This document shows positions 1-12,375 of a DNA stretch of 64,000 nucleotides, one piece after another. The position numbers and the translations under genes are program-made. How positions within the stretch are numbered: position 1 is the first letter of the stretch; the number at the start of each line of letters is the position of its first letter. Source of the stretch: Octopus sinensis (lineage: Eukaryota); the NCBI RefSeq assembly GCF_006345805.1, contig NC_042998.1:177444001-177508000 (forward strand). The letters run 5' to 3'. The notes under the pieces are model-generated. The model ran no database searches, was not told the origin of the DNA, and saw only the letters and a program-made list of their open reading frames with translations.

Positions 1-659
1 ATTAAAAGATGATGATGAGTGCTGCATTTTTTTTTTTGAAATTTTATAAGCATGTCCACATGTGGCAGAGGTAGGAAATTCAAAAAAATTGTCTAAAATT
101 ATTGTTCAGAATGTTATCGTAGCATCATGACTACCTTTTTCCAACCAGGTATAAAGGTTAGCCTTCAGCCCATATCATCATCATTTAATATCCACTTTTC
201 CATGCTTGCATGGGTTGGATGGAGTTTATTGAAGCAGAGTTTCTATGTCCAGATACCTTGCTGTCATCAACCCTCACCTGTTTCCAAGCTAGGTAATATT
301 TCACTATGACTAGACATATTTTCACAGAATGTTGGAAATGAATGACACTGCTTGTATGACAGTGACACTCATTTACAACTATCACAGGATGTCAAGATGA
401 GGAGAGACAAAAATACACACACTATGAGCTTTTTTCAGTTTCCATCAACCAAATCTACACATAAGGCTTTGATCAACTTAGGGTTATAGTAGATGACGCT
501 TGGCAAGGTGTTACACAAGGGGACTGAACTCAGAACTATGCAGCTGGAAAGTAAACTTGTTAGCACACAGCTATGACTGTGCCATATGTATTTATATATA
601 CAGGCTAAGCCCTTTACGGATGTAAAACAGTTAGTCACTATGACCAGACATATACTTAA

Positions 660-1640
660 CTGCACCACTATGCTGATGACCTGGCCCTCATAGCAGAATC
701 ACTACCGGAACTAAAAAAGAAATTTCAGGTGTGGAAGCTAGGTTTAGAATCAAAAGGCCTTAGAGTAAATGTAGCAAAGACCAAAGTAGGAAGGCGAACT
801 CATCACACACACCCTCAGGTAGGTGGCCCTGCTTGATCTGTAGAAAAGGTGTAGGTAGAAACTCCATAGGATGTACTCAGTGTAAGCTATGGACGCATAA
901 GAGGTGCAGCAATATCAGAGGAAAATTAACCGAGAAGATAGCTTTCGTGTGCGGCAGATGCACAGGGGCAATAGACACCACAGATACTCAGAAAACAGAT
1001 TCCATCACACTCCAGGGGCAGAAACTAGAAGTAGTTGATAGTTTCCGCTACCTAGGTGACCAAGTTAGTAGTGGAGGTGGATGCTCAGAGAGTGTCACCA
1101 CAAGAATATGAATAGCCTGGGCAAAGTTTAGAAAGCTTCTACCCCCTTCTGGTGACAAAGAGTCTCTTGCTCAGAGTGAAAGGTAGATTGTACAACGCAT
1201 GTGTGTGAACTGCCATGCTTCACGGTAGAGAGACATGAGCTGTGACTGCAGAGGAGATGCGTAGGCTTGAAAGAAATGAAGCTGGCATGATCCGCTGGAT
1301 GCGTAATGTCAGTGTGCACACATGACAGAGTGTAAGCGCCCAGAGAGAAATGCTGGACATAAGAAGCATTGGATGTGGCATGCAAGAGAGACGTTTGCGC
1401 TGGTATGGTTATGAACTACGGATGAATGAGGAGAGATGTGTGAAGAAGAGCCACTCCCAAACAGTTGAAGGAATCCAGGGTAGACGTAGACCCAGGAAGA
1501 CATGGGATGAGGTGGTCAAGCATGACCTTCGAACGTAGAGCCTCACAGAGGCAATGACAAAAGACCGAGATCTCTGGAGATATGCTGTGACTGTGAAGGC
1601 CCAACAAATAACATGAGTTCATGGCTGTTTCCTGCACCAG
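660..1640 (+). mobile_element. RTE-clade LINE, degenerate 3' part of reverse transcriptase ORF
   Basis: Translates HYADDLALIAESLPELKKKFQVWKLGLESKGLRVNVAKTKV, then VDSFRYLGD and RRLRWYGY...GRRRPRKTWDEVV; in-frame stops and frameshifts; boundaries approximate. Confidence 0.85.
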
Positions 1641-1689
1641 CCCATCCAAAGTACCTTGGATTGTAGGGTGACCTGCTGTGCTTGAGGAG

Positions 1690-2050
1690 ACCTATTGAGT
1701 CAAGTACATCAACATCAAAATAAAAATCAAATGGAAATTGTAGTTGTGATACCTGTGCCAGTGGCATGTCAAAAGCACCATCCAGACGTGGACAATGCCA
1801 GCGCCGCCTTGACTGGGTTCCATGGTGGTTGCATGTAAAAAGCACCAACTGATTGTGGCCGCTGTCAGCGGTATGTAAAAAGCACCCACTACACTCACGG
1901 AGTGGTTGGCGTTAGGAAGGCCATCCAGCTGTAGAAACACTGCCAGATCAGACTGGAGCCTGGTGCAGCCTCCTGGCTTCCCAGACCCTGGTCGAACCGT
2001 CCAACCCATGCTAGCATGGAAAATGGACGTTAAACAATGATGATGATGAT
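1690..2050 (+). mobile_element. SINE with (GAT)n tail (family C)
   Basis: gttaggaagggcatccagctgtagaaac...ccaacccatgctagcatggaaaatggacgttaaacaatgatgatgat motif, repeated many times in the window. Confidence 0.8.
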
Positions 2051-2119
2051 ATATATATATATATATATACTTGTGAGTGGATTTGGTAGACAGAAACTGA
2101 AAGAAGCCCGTTGTGTGTG

Positions 2120-2158
<39 letters not shown>

Positions 2159-2340
2159 TATATATATAAAACACAAAGTTAGGGGTTATGGATGTAACCC
2201 ACTAAGGGATAGTATTTATCCAATATACTGTTGGTAAAGTACCCAGATTCTTAATACATAAATGTTTTTAATTGCAATGCAATTAACTTATTTATTGCAT
2301 TAAACAAGTGAAGGTAAAGAAATATTTTTACCATTAATTT

Positions 2341-3272
2341 ATAATACAAATAAGAAAATGGAGAAACAAATTTAGCTTGTTCAAATCCTCATATGGATAT
2401 TACGCTTGAACTATATACTGAAAACCATAGTCTAACTGTATGTTTTTTATATGTTTATATGCATGTATATTTGTATACATATATATATGTATGTATATAT
2501 ACATATATTTATTTGAATGGATTGTTGATTGTTTATCTTGTATCGTAATATTTGATATGTTAGAATCTATTATATGTATTGTCAAGTGAAGATTACTATA
2601 AATATAATAATATTGTTATTATTGATAAAAGAAAAAAAGAAAAATAATAATAATAATAATAATAATATTAATAATTGATTATTATTTATGTGGTCATAAG
2701 CATAGATGTGTTTATATGTTCCAGTATATGTATATATATGTATATGAAGAATGGTATATTTACTTGGACCTATTGTTTAATTGTGTTTATTTATGTATTT
2801 TTACACATGTAAAAGTATATACACTCTGCTTATGTATGTATATATGTGTATGTGTATATGTCTATATGGATATTTGTTCATATTTTTTTATATATATTAA
2901 ATAATACGTGTATCATGTTTCGTGTATTAATATTAATATTTTTAAAGTTCCTTATAACCTCTGACAAGGCCTATGGTTATATATATAAGTACCCTATTTT
3001 TAAATGCCTACAACCTCAATATATTGACAACTATAGGCAATAAAAATAACTACTTTTAACCATAGGCTGAAACAGCTGTAAGAAGGGATTTTAATGATTT
3101 CAATAATTTATATTATGATTTTTATAATTTGTATTCTTGTATTGAATTATAAGATATATATGTATGCTATTAAGGTTCTCATTTTGTTAAATGAATAAAT
3201 AATCCAACATTCTAATATCCGAAAGTTGATGAACAAACTAAATTTGTTTCTCCATTTTCTTATTTGTATTAT
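2341..3272 (+). mobile_element. Non-autonomous Penelope-type terminal element with 43-bp inverted ends and a decayed hammerhead
   Basis: 2341-2383 is the reverse complement of 3230-3272 (1 mismatch); hammerhead-like motif at 2961-3087; followed by (TA)n. Confidence 0.6.
2961..3087 (+). ncRNA. Degenerate type I hammerhead ribozyme motif (G8A core change, stem I broken)
   Basis: CTGACAA - GGCCTATGGTTA...TAACCATAGGCT (12-bp stem II) - GAAAC-AGCT-GTA - AGAAGGG; palindromic stem III loop. Confidence 0.55.
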
Positions 3273-3830
3273 ATATATATATATATACATATATATATAC
3301 ACACACACACACACATACATACATACATACATATATGTGTGTGTGTGTGTGTGTGTGTGTATGTTTGTCCCCACAAATTGCTTGATAACCAATGCTGGTG
3401 TATTTGTGTCCCCTTGTAACTTAGTGGTTTGGCAAAAGTGACCGACAGAATAAGAACTAGGCTTACAAAGAATAAGTCCTGGGGTCTATTGGCCACAGTC
3501 AAATGACTGAAACAAGTAAAGGAATAAAAGAATATATATATATATATATATAGGAATATAGATGAATGAATTATCTTTTGTTTACCATTAACATGGAAAA
3601 TTCAATAAACAGTTACCAGGGTAGCAAAATTCACACAAGTAACAAGGATGTAGCAGCCTATTCAAAGGTAGAAACTCCGAGTTAATGTGCAGTAATTTGT
3701 ATAGTATAAGTAAATAAATGGAGTTGACGTCAGATCTACTGACGTTTTTTTTTTAAATACTTAATAGCGTTCTGTTTATCATTTATGCAGTCATCAAAAT
3801 TGTTATAATGTCTTGTTGTTGAGATAGGTC

Positions 3831-3928
3831 CTCTTTCTTTCCTGATGAGAAGATTACATTATTTTACACCGTTTATTCCTTTGGAATAAAACCAATGTTG
3901 TCTTCGAAACACATGTCGAAAGTAAAAG
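3831..3928 (+). ncRNA. Type I hammerhead ribozyme, canonical core, long stem II
   Basis: CTTTC-CTGATGA(3842-3848)-GAAGA...TCTTC-GAAAC-ACAT-GTC(3915-3917)-GAAAG; stems I, II and III all pair; inner hairpin TTTATTCC/GGAATAAA. Confidence 0.75.
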
Positions 3929-3967
3929 ATTTTGAATAACACCTGCGTTAAACTCCATTTATTTACT

Positions 3968-4009
<42 letters not shown>

Positions 4010-4622
4010 TAATCATCTTTTAATGTCCACCTTCCATGCTGACATGAGTAGGATACTCACACACACATACATGTACATCAGTGCTGCATTAATGCGCCCA
4101 TGCCGGTACTACATGAATGCACTTGTGCCAGTGGCACATAAAAAGTACCTAGCATACTCAGTTAAGTGGTTGACGTTAGGAAGGGCATCCAGCCATAGAA
4201 ACTAAGCAACCACAGACAATTGGAGTCTGGACAGCTCTCTGCTAGCCAGCTCCATGTCAAACTGTCCAACCTATATCAGCATGAAAAGAGGATGCTAAAT
4301 GATGATGACGATTATTTTTATGTATATATATATATATATAAAATAGAAAAGAGTGAAAAAATTACAGAAGGCTTGTTTTATAAGGTTAAAGAATATATTT
4401 AAGTCGTTATGTTAGAAAAATGTTAGAAAATTTTGTGTATAGTAACATAGTTTTTGGAGAAATAACCGGTTTCGTGTAAACTTTTCAAATTTCTCAAATT
4501 TCTTTACCTACATCGTATCATGTCTTCGTTATGTAATGCAAGGAAGAGTTCCAGGCAGGGGGAGGTAATCCGGGATTTCCCCCGTATAAGGGAGATAATC
4601 GCTTTATATTTATTTCTTTTTT

Positions 4623-5324
4623 TCAATGAGATGAGTTTCTCTGTATAAGAATGTTAGGATGGTTAAGTTTAGGCTTATATTTTTCAATGAAGAATGTTTC
4701 CTTGTTTAATCTAATTTGTTTTGGTGTTCCAATGGTACATTGATAGAATGGAAAGATTAAAAATTGTGGTAGTAGTTGCTTTGCGCATTTCTCAATATGC
4801 TCACTAAAGGGTATCATTCTGTATTCTGGAAAAGCAATCTGTTGTCGATGCAGAGTGCATCTGCGTCTCAGTGATAATCCCGTGGACCCTACATAGTTTT
4901 GGTGGCAGCCCGAGCATCTTATGACATAAATTATGTTTTCAGCAGTACAAGTAAAATTAGATTTGATCTTGAATTTTTGTCCCTCTTTGAAAAGGAATTC
5001 TGATCCTTCTAGAAGGTTTGGGCACGTTGCGCAGTTTGGTCTACCACATTTTTTTACTTTTGCATCCGTAATTTCAGAAAACAATTTTGCCTTTGTGAGA
5101 ATCTTTTTTAGTGATTTAGGTTGTTTGTAGCTTTTAATGATTTTATGTATGTTTAGAATTTCCTTTAATTTGGGGTCCTTATGAAGTATTGGTAAATTCT
5201 GGGTGATGATGGTGAAGGCTTCTTTGTTTCTGGGGTTGTATGTGGATATGTAAGACAGTATTTTCGGGGAAGGTGTGTTGTTGTGTTGAACTTTTCTCAA
5301 AGTTTCTATGTCACAAACACACAC
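4623..5324 (-). mobile_element. Penelope-like element, 5'-truncated: RT C-terminal linker plus GIY-YIG endonuclease (Neptune-like Cys-rich linker)
   Basis: Open frame with STYNPR, KCGRPNCATC, SNFTCTAENIIYVIRCSGCHQNYVGSTG (IIY...YVG) and terminal IEKYKPKLN; 3' UTR extends to about 4330, ending in (TA)n. Confidence 0.9.
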
Positions 5325-5923
5325 ACAAACATATTACATATATATATATATATATATATAGGACAGCCTTCTTTCAGTTTCCATCTACCAAGTCCACTCA
5401 CAAGGCTTTGGTCAGTCCAAAGCTATTGCAGAAGACACTAGCTCAAGGTGCCAAGCAGTGGGACTGAACCCAAAACCATGTGGTTGGTAAGCAAGCTACA
5501 TACCATACAGCCACTTCTGCACACACACACACACACATATATATAGATATAGATAATACATTAAAAGTTAGTTTCAATTTTGCTTGATTGCAATGTTACC
5601 CAGGCAAACTGGCGCATAATGGGAAAATACTATGAATTAAATTTACCCTGAAATGTTAATAGGAATGGAATGAAACATGTTTCATGTAAATTGGAGCAGT
5701 AGTTATTGAGATATTCAGGGTTTGGGGAATAAATACCCAAAATGGTGCATAATGTGAAAATGCTTCGAATTCAACTTCATCCTAAAACGGAAGAAATTAG
5801 ACTGATTTGACAACGGAAAAATATTTGTATTTTTACAGCAAATATATATACATACAACCTTCGACAAAGCAGCAGTCACATATACAACTTGAACAGACAT
5901 ACATATCAGTATATAAACATATA

Positions 5924-6333
5924 CTCTTTACTCTTTTACTTGTTTCAGTCATTTGACTGCGGCTATGCTGGAGCACCGCCTTTAGTCGAGCAAATCGACC
6001 CCGGGACTTATTCTTTGTAAGCCCAGTACTTATTCTATCGGTCTCTTCTGCCGAACCGCTAAGTGATGGGGACGTAAACACACCAGCATCGGTTGTCAAG
6101 CAATGCTAGGGGGACAAACACATACACACAAACATATACACACACACTTATATATATATATACATATATACGACAGGCTTCTTTCAGTTTCCGTCTACCA
6201 AATCCACTCACAAGGATTTGGTCGGCCCGGGGCCATAGCAGAAGACACTTGCCCAAGATGCCACGCAGTGGGACTGAACCCGGAACCATGTGGTTGGTTA
6301 GCAAGCTACTTACCACACAGCCACTCCTGCGCC
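5924..6333 (-). mobile_element. tRNA-derived SINE, full length (family A, ~400 bp)
   Basis: A-box TGGCTGTGTGG and B-box GGTTCAGTCCC on the minus strand, internal TA/CA tract, GAGTAAAA-type tail; further copies at 10116, 43967, 48666, 60110. Confidence 0.85.
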
Positions 6334-6628
6334 TATGTTTACATACACTCACAAACGCAGATACGTCAACACACTTATATACGTAAATGCTCGCATACAT
6401 ACAAATATGTGTACATACATGCATACGCATGTACACATCTGCATGCATACATACATACATACATAAACACATATATATCATGCACTTCGTAACCTCGGTG
6501 AGAAATAGTTTTTTTCCCTGGGTATTTTTTTGAATGCATTCGTTATCTCACCTCCAAAGATTTGGCTGCTATTTCTAGCAGGCCCCGCTACTACATAACA
6601 GCTATTTGTGATAAAGGATCTGACATAC

Positions 6629-6746
6629 CTGTTACATGGTAGCAGGGTGTGCAAGAAATAGCAACCAAATCTTTCCTTTTCTGGGGGGAAAGGAGCCGTT
6701 TACAGGTGATTTCAATGTCACATTGTTTGAAAGCATGTAAAATAAC
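6629..6746 (-). CDS. Internal coding exon of unidentified gene (VILHAFKQCDIEITCKRLLSPQKRKDLVAISCTPCYHVT-G)
   Basis: Acceptor tcttttcttttccag and donor AG|gtatgt; 118 nt; open in phase 0, matching the phase-0 donor of exon 12376-12576. Confidence 0.75.
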
Positions 6747-7165
6747 CTGGAAAAGAAAAGACCCACAAAACAAAACTGTTGCTGGGAAACTGAGTTTCCC
6801 AGTGACCCAATAGGTCATGGGTAGTGTAGTATATATATATATATATACACATATATTTGGTGAGTTGTATTTTGCAAACAACACTGACAATATGAATCAG
6901 ATACATTTACTGTGATTCATTAGGCTTCTGTAATCCATGGTGGCCAGATTTCTGCCACATCATCATCATTTAATGTCTGTTGTCCATGCTGGTATGGGTT
7001 GGACAGTTTGACTGGGCTGGCATGCTGGAAAGCTGTGCCAAGCTTCAGTCTGTACATTATACAAAGTATAGAATACCATCATCATCTTTTTAATATACAT
7101 TTTTCCATGCTTGCAAGGATCAGATGGAATTTATTGAGGCAGGTTTTATATGGTTGGACACCCTT

Positions 7166-8120
7166 CCTGTCACCAATTCTCACCTAGTCTTCATAAATGA
7201 CTTGCCCGACGACCTCACGCAACACACCCTTCTATTTGCCGACGATATCAAACTGGTCGCTCCTCGCGGTAGTATAGAGGATCTTCGTCGATGCCTCCAC
7301 CAAATTTGGAAGTGGTCTAACGATTGGGACCTGTGTCTGAACGTGTCGAAGTGCTGTCATCTGCCTGTCGGCTCTACTCCTGCAACTCAACTTGATTTCG
7401 AGCCGGGTCGTCTGCTGCTGGAGAGGACCGATCAGGTAAAGGACCTGGGTATCTTGGTGGATTCCTCCTTTTCGCCTTCGGCCCAGTGCGTCCATGCTGC
7501 CAACAAAGCGCGCGGAATTCTGTTTTTGATTCGACGGTCATTCGGAATGCTCACAGCAGCCATATTCCTGCCACTCTATGTCACGCTGGTGAGACCCATA
7601 TTGGAGTATGGGATTCAAGCCTCTTCTCCTTATCTCCTCAAAGACATACAGCACCTCGAAAGAGTCCAGAGGCTGGCTACCCGCATGGTTCATGGTCTCA
7701 AAAATTTGTCCTACGAAGAAAGGCTGAGGACGCTCGACCTTTGTTCTCTTGAAAAACGCCGCCGCCGTGGTGATCTCATTCTCGCCCACAACATCATAAG
7801 CGGGAAGTGTAACCTCTCGAAAGAGCTGTTCTTCACTCCTGCTCCGGAGCGTCGGCTGCGGGGTCATTCCGAAAAGCTCTACCTGCGACGATTTCATCTC
7901 AATCGAAGGAGAGGAGCTTTCTCCGTCCAGGTTGCGGATCCGTGGAACAAGCTGCTAGACGAGATGGTGAAGATGCCGACGACCGCTTTGTTCAAAGCCT
8001 CCCTGGACCTCAAGTGGCCTGAACTCTTTACATGAACACCACCCTGTACTTAACTCCATGTCCCCCTACATGGCCTTGCTATTTGCTTTTGTGCCAAATT
8101 AACTAACTAACTAACATAAC
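7166..8120 (+). mobile_element. CR1-clade LINE, young 5'-truncated copy
   Basis: Uninterrupted frame FINDLP...LLFADDIKL...VKDLGILVD...LERVQRLATRMV...WNKL to the stop at 8035; (TAAC)n tail; clearly more GC-rich than flanks; interrupts an older SINE. Confidence 0.92.
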
Positions 8121-9048
8121 ATTTCACAGTGTCTAGACAAGTTTCTCACAGAAATGAATGACTATCACCTGTATGATGATGACGCTTCTCTACAACCACC
8201 ATATTCTTTCATTGTGTTGTCTCTGTATTTCCAGCTTTAAGTAAAATAAAGAGAACTGATGTTGTTGGCTTCTCATACCTATACCAGTGCCATGTAAAAA
8301 GCACTCAGTCCACTCTGTAACGTAGCTGGTGTTAGGAAGGGCATCCAGCTGTAAAAACCCTGCTATATCAGACAGTGAAGCCTGGTGAAGTCTTCTGCCT
8401 ACTTTCCAACCCACGCCAGCATGGAAAATGGACATTAAACAATGATGATGATCATCATCATCATACTGACATTACTTCCAATTGTGAGGGGGCTTCCTAT
8501 TTCTTTATAGTGATACATTAGTTCATTTTACATCTGTTTTTCAATGTTAGCATGGGTTTGGTGAATACACATTGTTTAAGCATTAACAGCCTGACACTAT
8601 TCTTGTTAACCATTATTTGAGTAAAAGATTTTAATCCAGTGTCAACATTAAAATACATATATGAATGACAAACCTCCATACAGTCACCTCTCCCAACTTC
8701 ACTCATAAACCAATGATCAATATGGGTTGTCGTTAAGGACAATTGCTCAAGATACTGAACTTAAAACTATACATTTTTATATTTATAGATATATATATAT
8801 ATTATCATCATCATCATTTAAAGTTTGTTGTCCATACTGGCATGAGTTGGGCAGTATGACCAGAGCTGGCAAGCTTGAGGGGATGGGCTGCACCAGACTC
8901 CAGTCTGATTTGGCATAGTTTTCACAGCTGGATGCCCTTCCTAATACCAACCACTTTACAGAGTCTGCAGGATGCTTTTACATGGCACTGCATAGGCGCT
9001 ATTATGTGTCACCACACAAGTGTTTTTATGTGTCGCTACATAGGCACT

Positions 9049-9084
<36 letters not shown>

Positions 9085-9709
9085 GGGAAGGAGAAGGAAC
9101 AAAAATGTCTGTTTCAGACACGTTTTCTTATGAATAAACTTTGTGTTATATATGTATGTGTGTAAATTAAAGTAAAAATGAAAAGACAAAACGTTTGGCA
9201 TCACTTGGAAAGGACATTTAATTTAGGTAGAGAACATATACATACAGCTGTTTCTAGAATAGCCAAGCATGTGAATCACCATTTAATGTCAGCTGATGAA
9301 AACGATTTATAAATATTGTATGTGTGTGTACAGAATTTAAATATGGGAAAAAGCAGCAAACATGTTACCGTTGTGTATAATATAACACCACACTTTACAC
9401 AACAAGGTAGGGTTATTTTAAATAGAAATATATACAATCACATGTTAAGTATTCTAAAGACTGATTTTGAAATATTGATTTTTCAAAAGTTGAACATACC
9501 TGAACATATAGAAAAAATACAATGTTCCAAATAGGTGATTATTTATTAGTAACATATGTGGTTAATGTTTAGCCGCATATTTTTTTTAATTAAATAACAA
9601 CTTAATAAAGCTTGATTAAAAATATATTAATAGTCGACAATACAAGAGAAATGAAGCACCAGCTTAATATTGGTAATATAAAAGACAGGTCAAAAACAAG
9701 CTGACAGAA

Positions 9710-10070
9710 CAGTTAGTACGCCAGGCAAAATGCTAAGCGGTATTTCATCTGCCGCAATGTCCTGAGTTCAAATCCCGCCGAGATCGACTTTGTCGTTCAT
9801 CCTTTCAGGGTCAATTAAATAAGTACCAGTTATGCACTGGGGTCGATATAATCCGTTTGTCTGTCCTTGTTTATCCTCTTGTGGGTAGTAAAGAAATAGG
9901 TATTTTGTCCGTCTTTATGATCTGAGTTCGAATTCCACCAGGGTCAACTTTACCTTTCATCCTTGTGGGGGGGGGTCAATAAAATAAGTACCAGTGGAGC
10001 ACAAGGGTCGATGTAATCAACTTATCCCCCATCCCCGAATGCTGGCCTTGTGCCAAATTATGGAACCAAT
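9710..10070 (+). mobile_element. Two adjacent tRNA-derived SINE copies (family B)
   Basis: ctgagttcaaat...cgacttt...catcctttc.ggggtc...aagtaccag motif occurs twice. Confidence 0.7.
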
Positions 10071-10115
10071 ATGAAAAATAGGTCCATTTTATAAATTTAA
10101 ACTTCCCTAACCATA

Positions 10116-10520
10116 GGCACAGGAGTGGCTTTGAGGTAAGTAGCTAGCTTACGAACCACATGGTTACGGGTTCAGTCCCACTGCGTGGCACGTTGGGCAA
10201 GTATCTTCTACTATAGCCTCGGGCCGACCAAAGCCTTGCGAGTGGATTTGGTAGACGGAAACTGAAAGAAGCCCGTCGTATAAACGTATATGTATATATA
10301 TGTATGTGTGTATACGTTTGTGTGTCTGTCCCCCCTAACATCGCTTGACAACCGATGCTGGTGTGTTTACGTCCCCCATAACTTAGCGGTTCGAAATTGG
10401 AAACTGATAGAATAAGTACTAGGCTTACAAAGAATAAGTCCTGGTGTCGATTTGCTCGACTAAAGGCGGTGCTCCAGCATGGCCACAGTCAAATGACTGA
10501 AACAAGTAAAAGAGTAAATA
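10116..10520 (+). mobile_element. tRNA-derived SINE, full length (family A)
   Basis: Same sequence as 5924-6333 in opposite orientation. Confidence 0.85.
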
Positions 10521-12375
10521 GCATAGAAAATATGAATACACTGTATCTAGTACCTACTGAATGTAGATTATCTAGTGTTGAATCTAGAAATGACAATGGG
10601 AAGCTGCTTCTTAGTTCAGCTCCCTACTCGAGGAGTTTCTAATTGCTTGAATCTGACTTGCCATTGGATCTGAACTCTGGTTCTGATTCATGCTTCAAAC
10701 AGCAGCTAATGTGCAACAGTTGATCCTACAAAGTAATGTCATGCGTTGTTGAGAGATGATATCCACCACCTCAAGGCTATCATACATGACCATAAAGAGT
10801 GTTCAACAGGTAAATTTTACTACACACCTGCTGGAACAATGAAGAAGCACTCACCCAAATCTTCTAATGTACATAGCTATTTAGAATACAGGTAAAAATG
10901 TTTTGTCCAAGTTTGTCGACTCAGGTCAATGTTTCAGCGAACACTGTCTACCTCTTCCTCGTCAAAACAACTAATAGCAGTCTAAATCAGCTTTACTACT
11001 ACTAAGTGTTGCTAAGAAACCCCTCGCCACTTTATAATCATGTGGATGTCTTTCATGAAGAAATGTTGAATATTTTTTTAAATGTATGAAGTCAACGGAA
11101 TATACACAAGTAAAGTTGGGGAATTGTAGAGGAGAAATGTAAAGAAGTGACACTTCGATCATTATTAGATTTTTTACTGAAAACTGTTTTGATAAATTTG
11201 CAAACACTGATATTTTCTAACTGGACAGACGAACAATTTTGTAGGTAAAGTCGTCTGTATAGAACTCAGAATATTAACAGTACTTATAAGACAGTCTAAA
11301 AGGGTGAAAAGTAAACGAGATTTCAACACCGAATAGTGAAACTAAATAAATACTTCAAGGCATTTAACTCTGACGCTCTACTATTTCGGCAAATTCCGCC
11401 CGTCCTAAGATTGCTAATAGAGACACGACCACAAATTTGGGAGGGGGAGTAACCGATTAGATTGATCACACACACACACACATTATTACCACAGCCATGA
11501 GAGTCCGGATGAAATTTATATATATATCCTTCACACCTGCACCCGAGGGAACCTGCCCCAGCTACTAACCCTTCCTTGTCTTCTCGCTAAGTATGCACCA
11601 GTCCCCCACTACTTGACTGATACTTATTCTATCAACTCCGAAAGGACAGAAAGCAAATTAATATCGACGGGATTTGAACTCTGAATGCAAAGGGACGTAA
11701 CTGAACACCACAAGGCATTTTGTCCGATCCTCTACTGATTTTGCAATTCACAGTACTTATTGTCCTTCGGCACAATTCTGTTACGGGTTTCATTTTCCCC
11801 CCTCAAAAACTGAAATGAAAGTAAGCTTATATAGTGTGATAAAGGACAGTTCTGAAGATTGCAACTTCCTATTTTGTCTCATTATAGATAACAGTATACG
11901 TGTCTTATTCAAGAAATCATTAGCATTCTATTCAGTATATATTAAATACACGCTTTCGTGTCACACCCTATTTCTGTGTTTACTTATTTGATAGTTTACT
12001 GAACCGTAACATGTTATTCTTTTTGCCTTCATGGTAAACAAGGAAACCATTGCTATGTTTATAGTATTTATTTATACTGAAAATAATGAGATGGAAGTGA
12101 AACTGTTTTTCCTTACAACAGGTATAAAGTAGGGTGTGTACACACAGACAGGCACACGCATTATATTTGTATAATATTATATTACGTGTCAAAAATTGCC
12201 AACAAATCACTGACTCAAGAGACGTATGATTACAGGTCACTATAAAGCTTTCTAAACAACCCAATGAAAATAAATATGATAACCACGATAGAGTAACAAG
12301 GGAAAATAATTAAAACCTAATGAATATTGGAGTAAAAGGGAGAAAGAAAAAAAATCAATTTTGATTTTGTCTTAC

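Noticed and set aside
4440-4540. Hammerhead in the 3' UTR of the GIY-YIG fragment (GAAACCGGTT on the minus strand)
   Set aside because: No CTGANGA core and no stem I pairing could be built
5600-5648. 48-nt minus-strand mini-exon with good splice signals (VNLIHSIFPLCASLPG)
   Set aside because: Phase is incompatible with exon 6629-6746; direct joining gives an immediate TAA
10640-11150. Possible DNA-transposase remnant; similar weak signal at 46620-47450
   Set aside because: Only vague motif resemblance with many stops; cannot be supported without an HMM search
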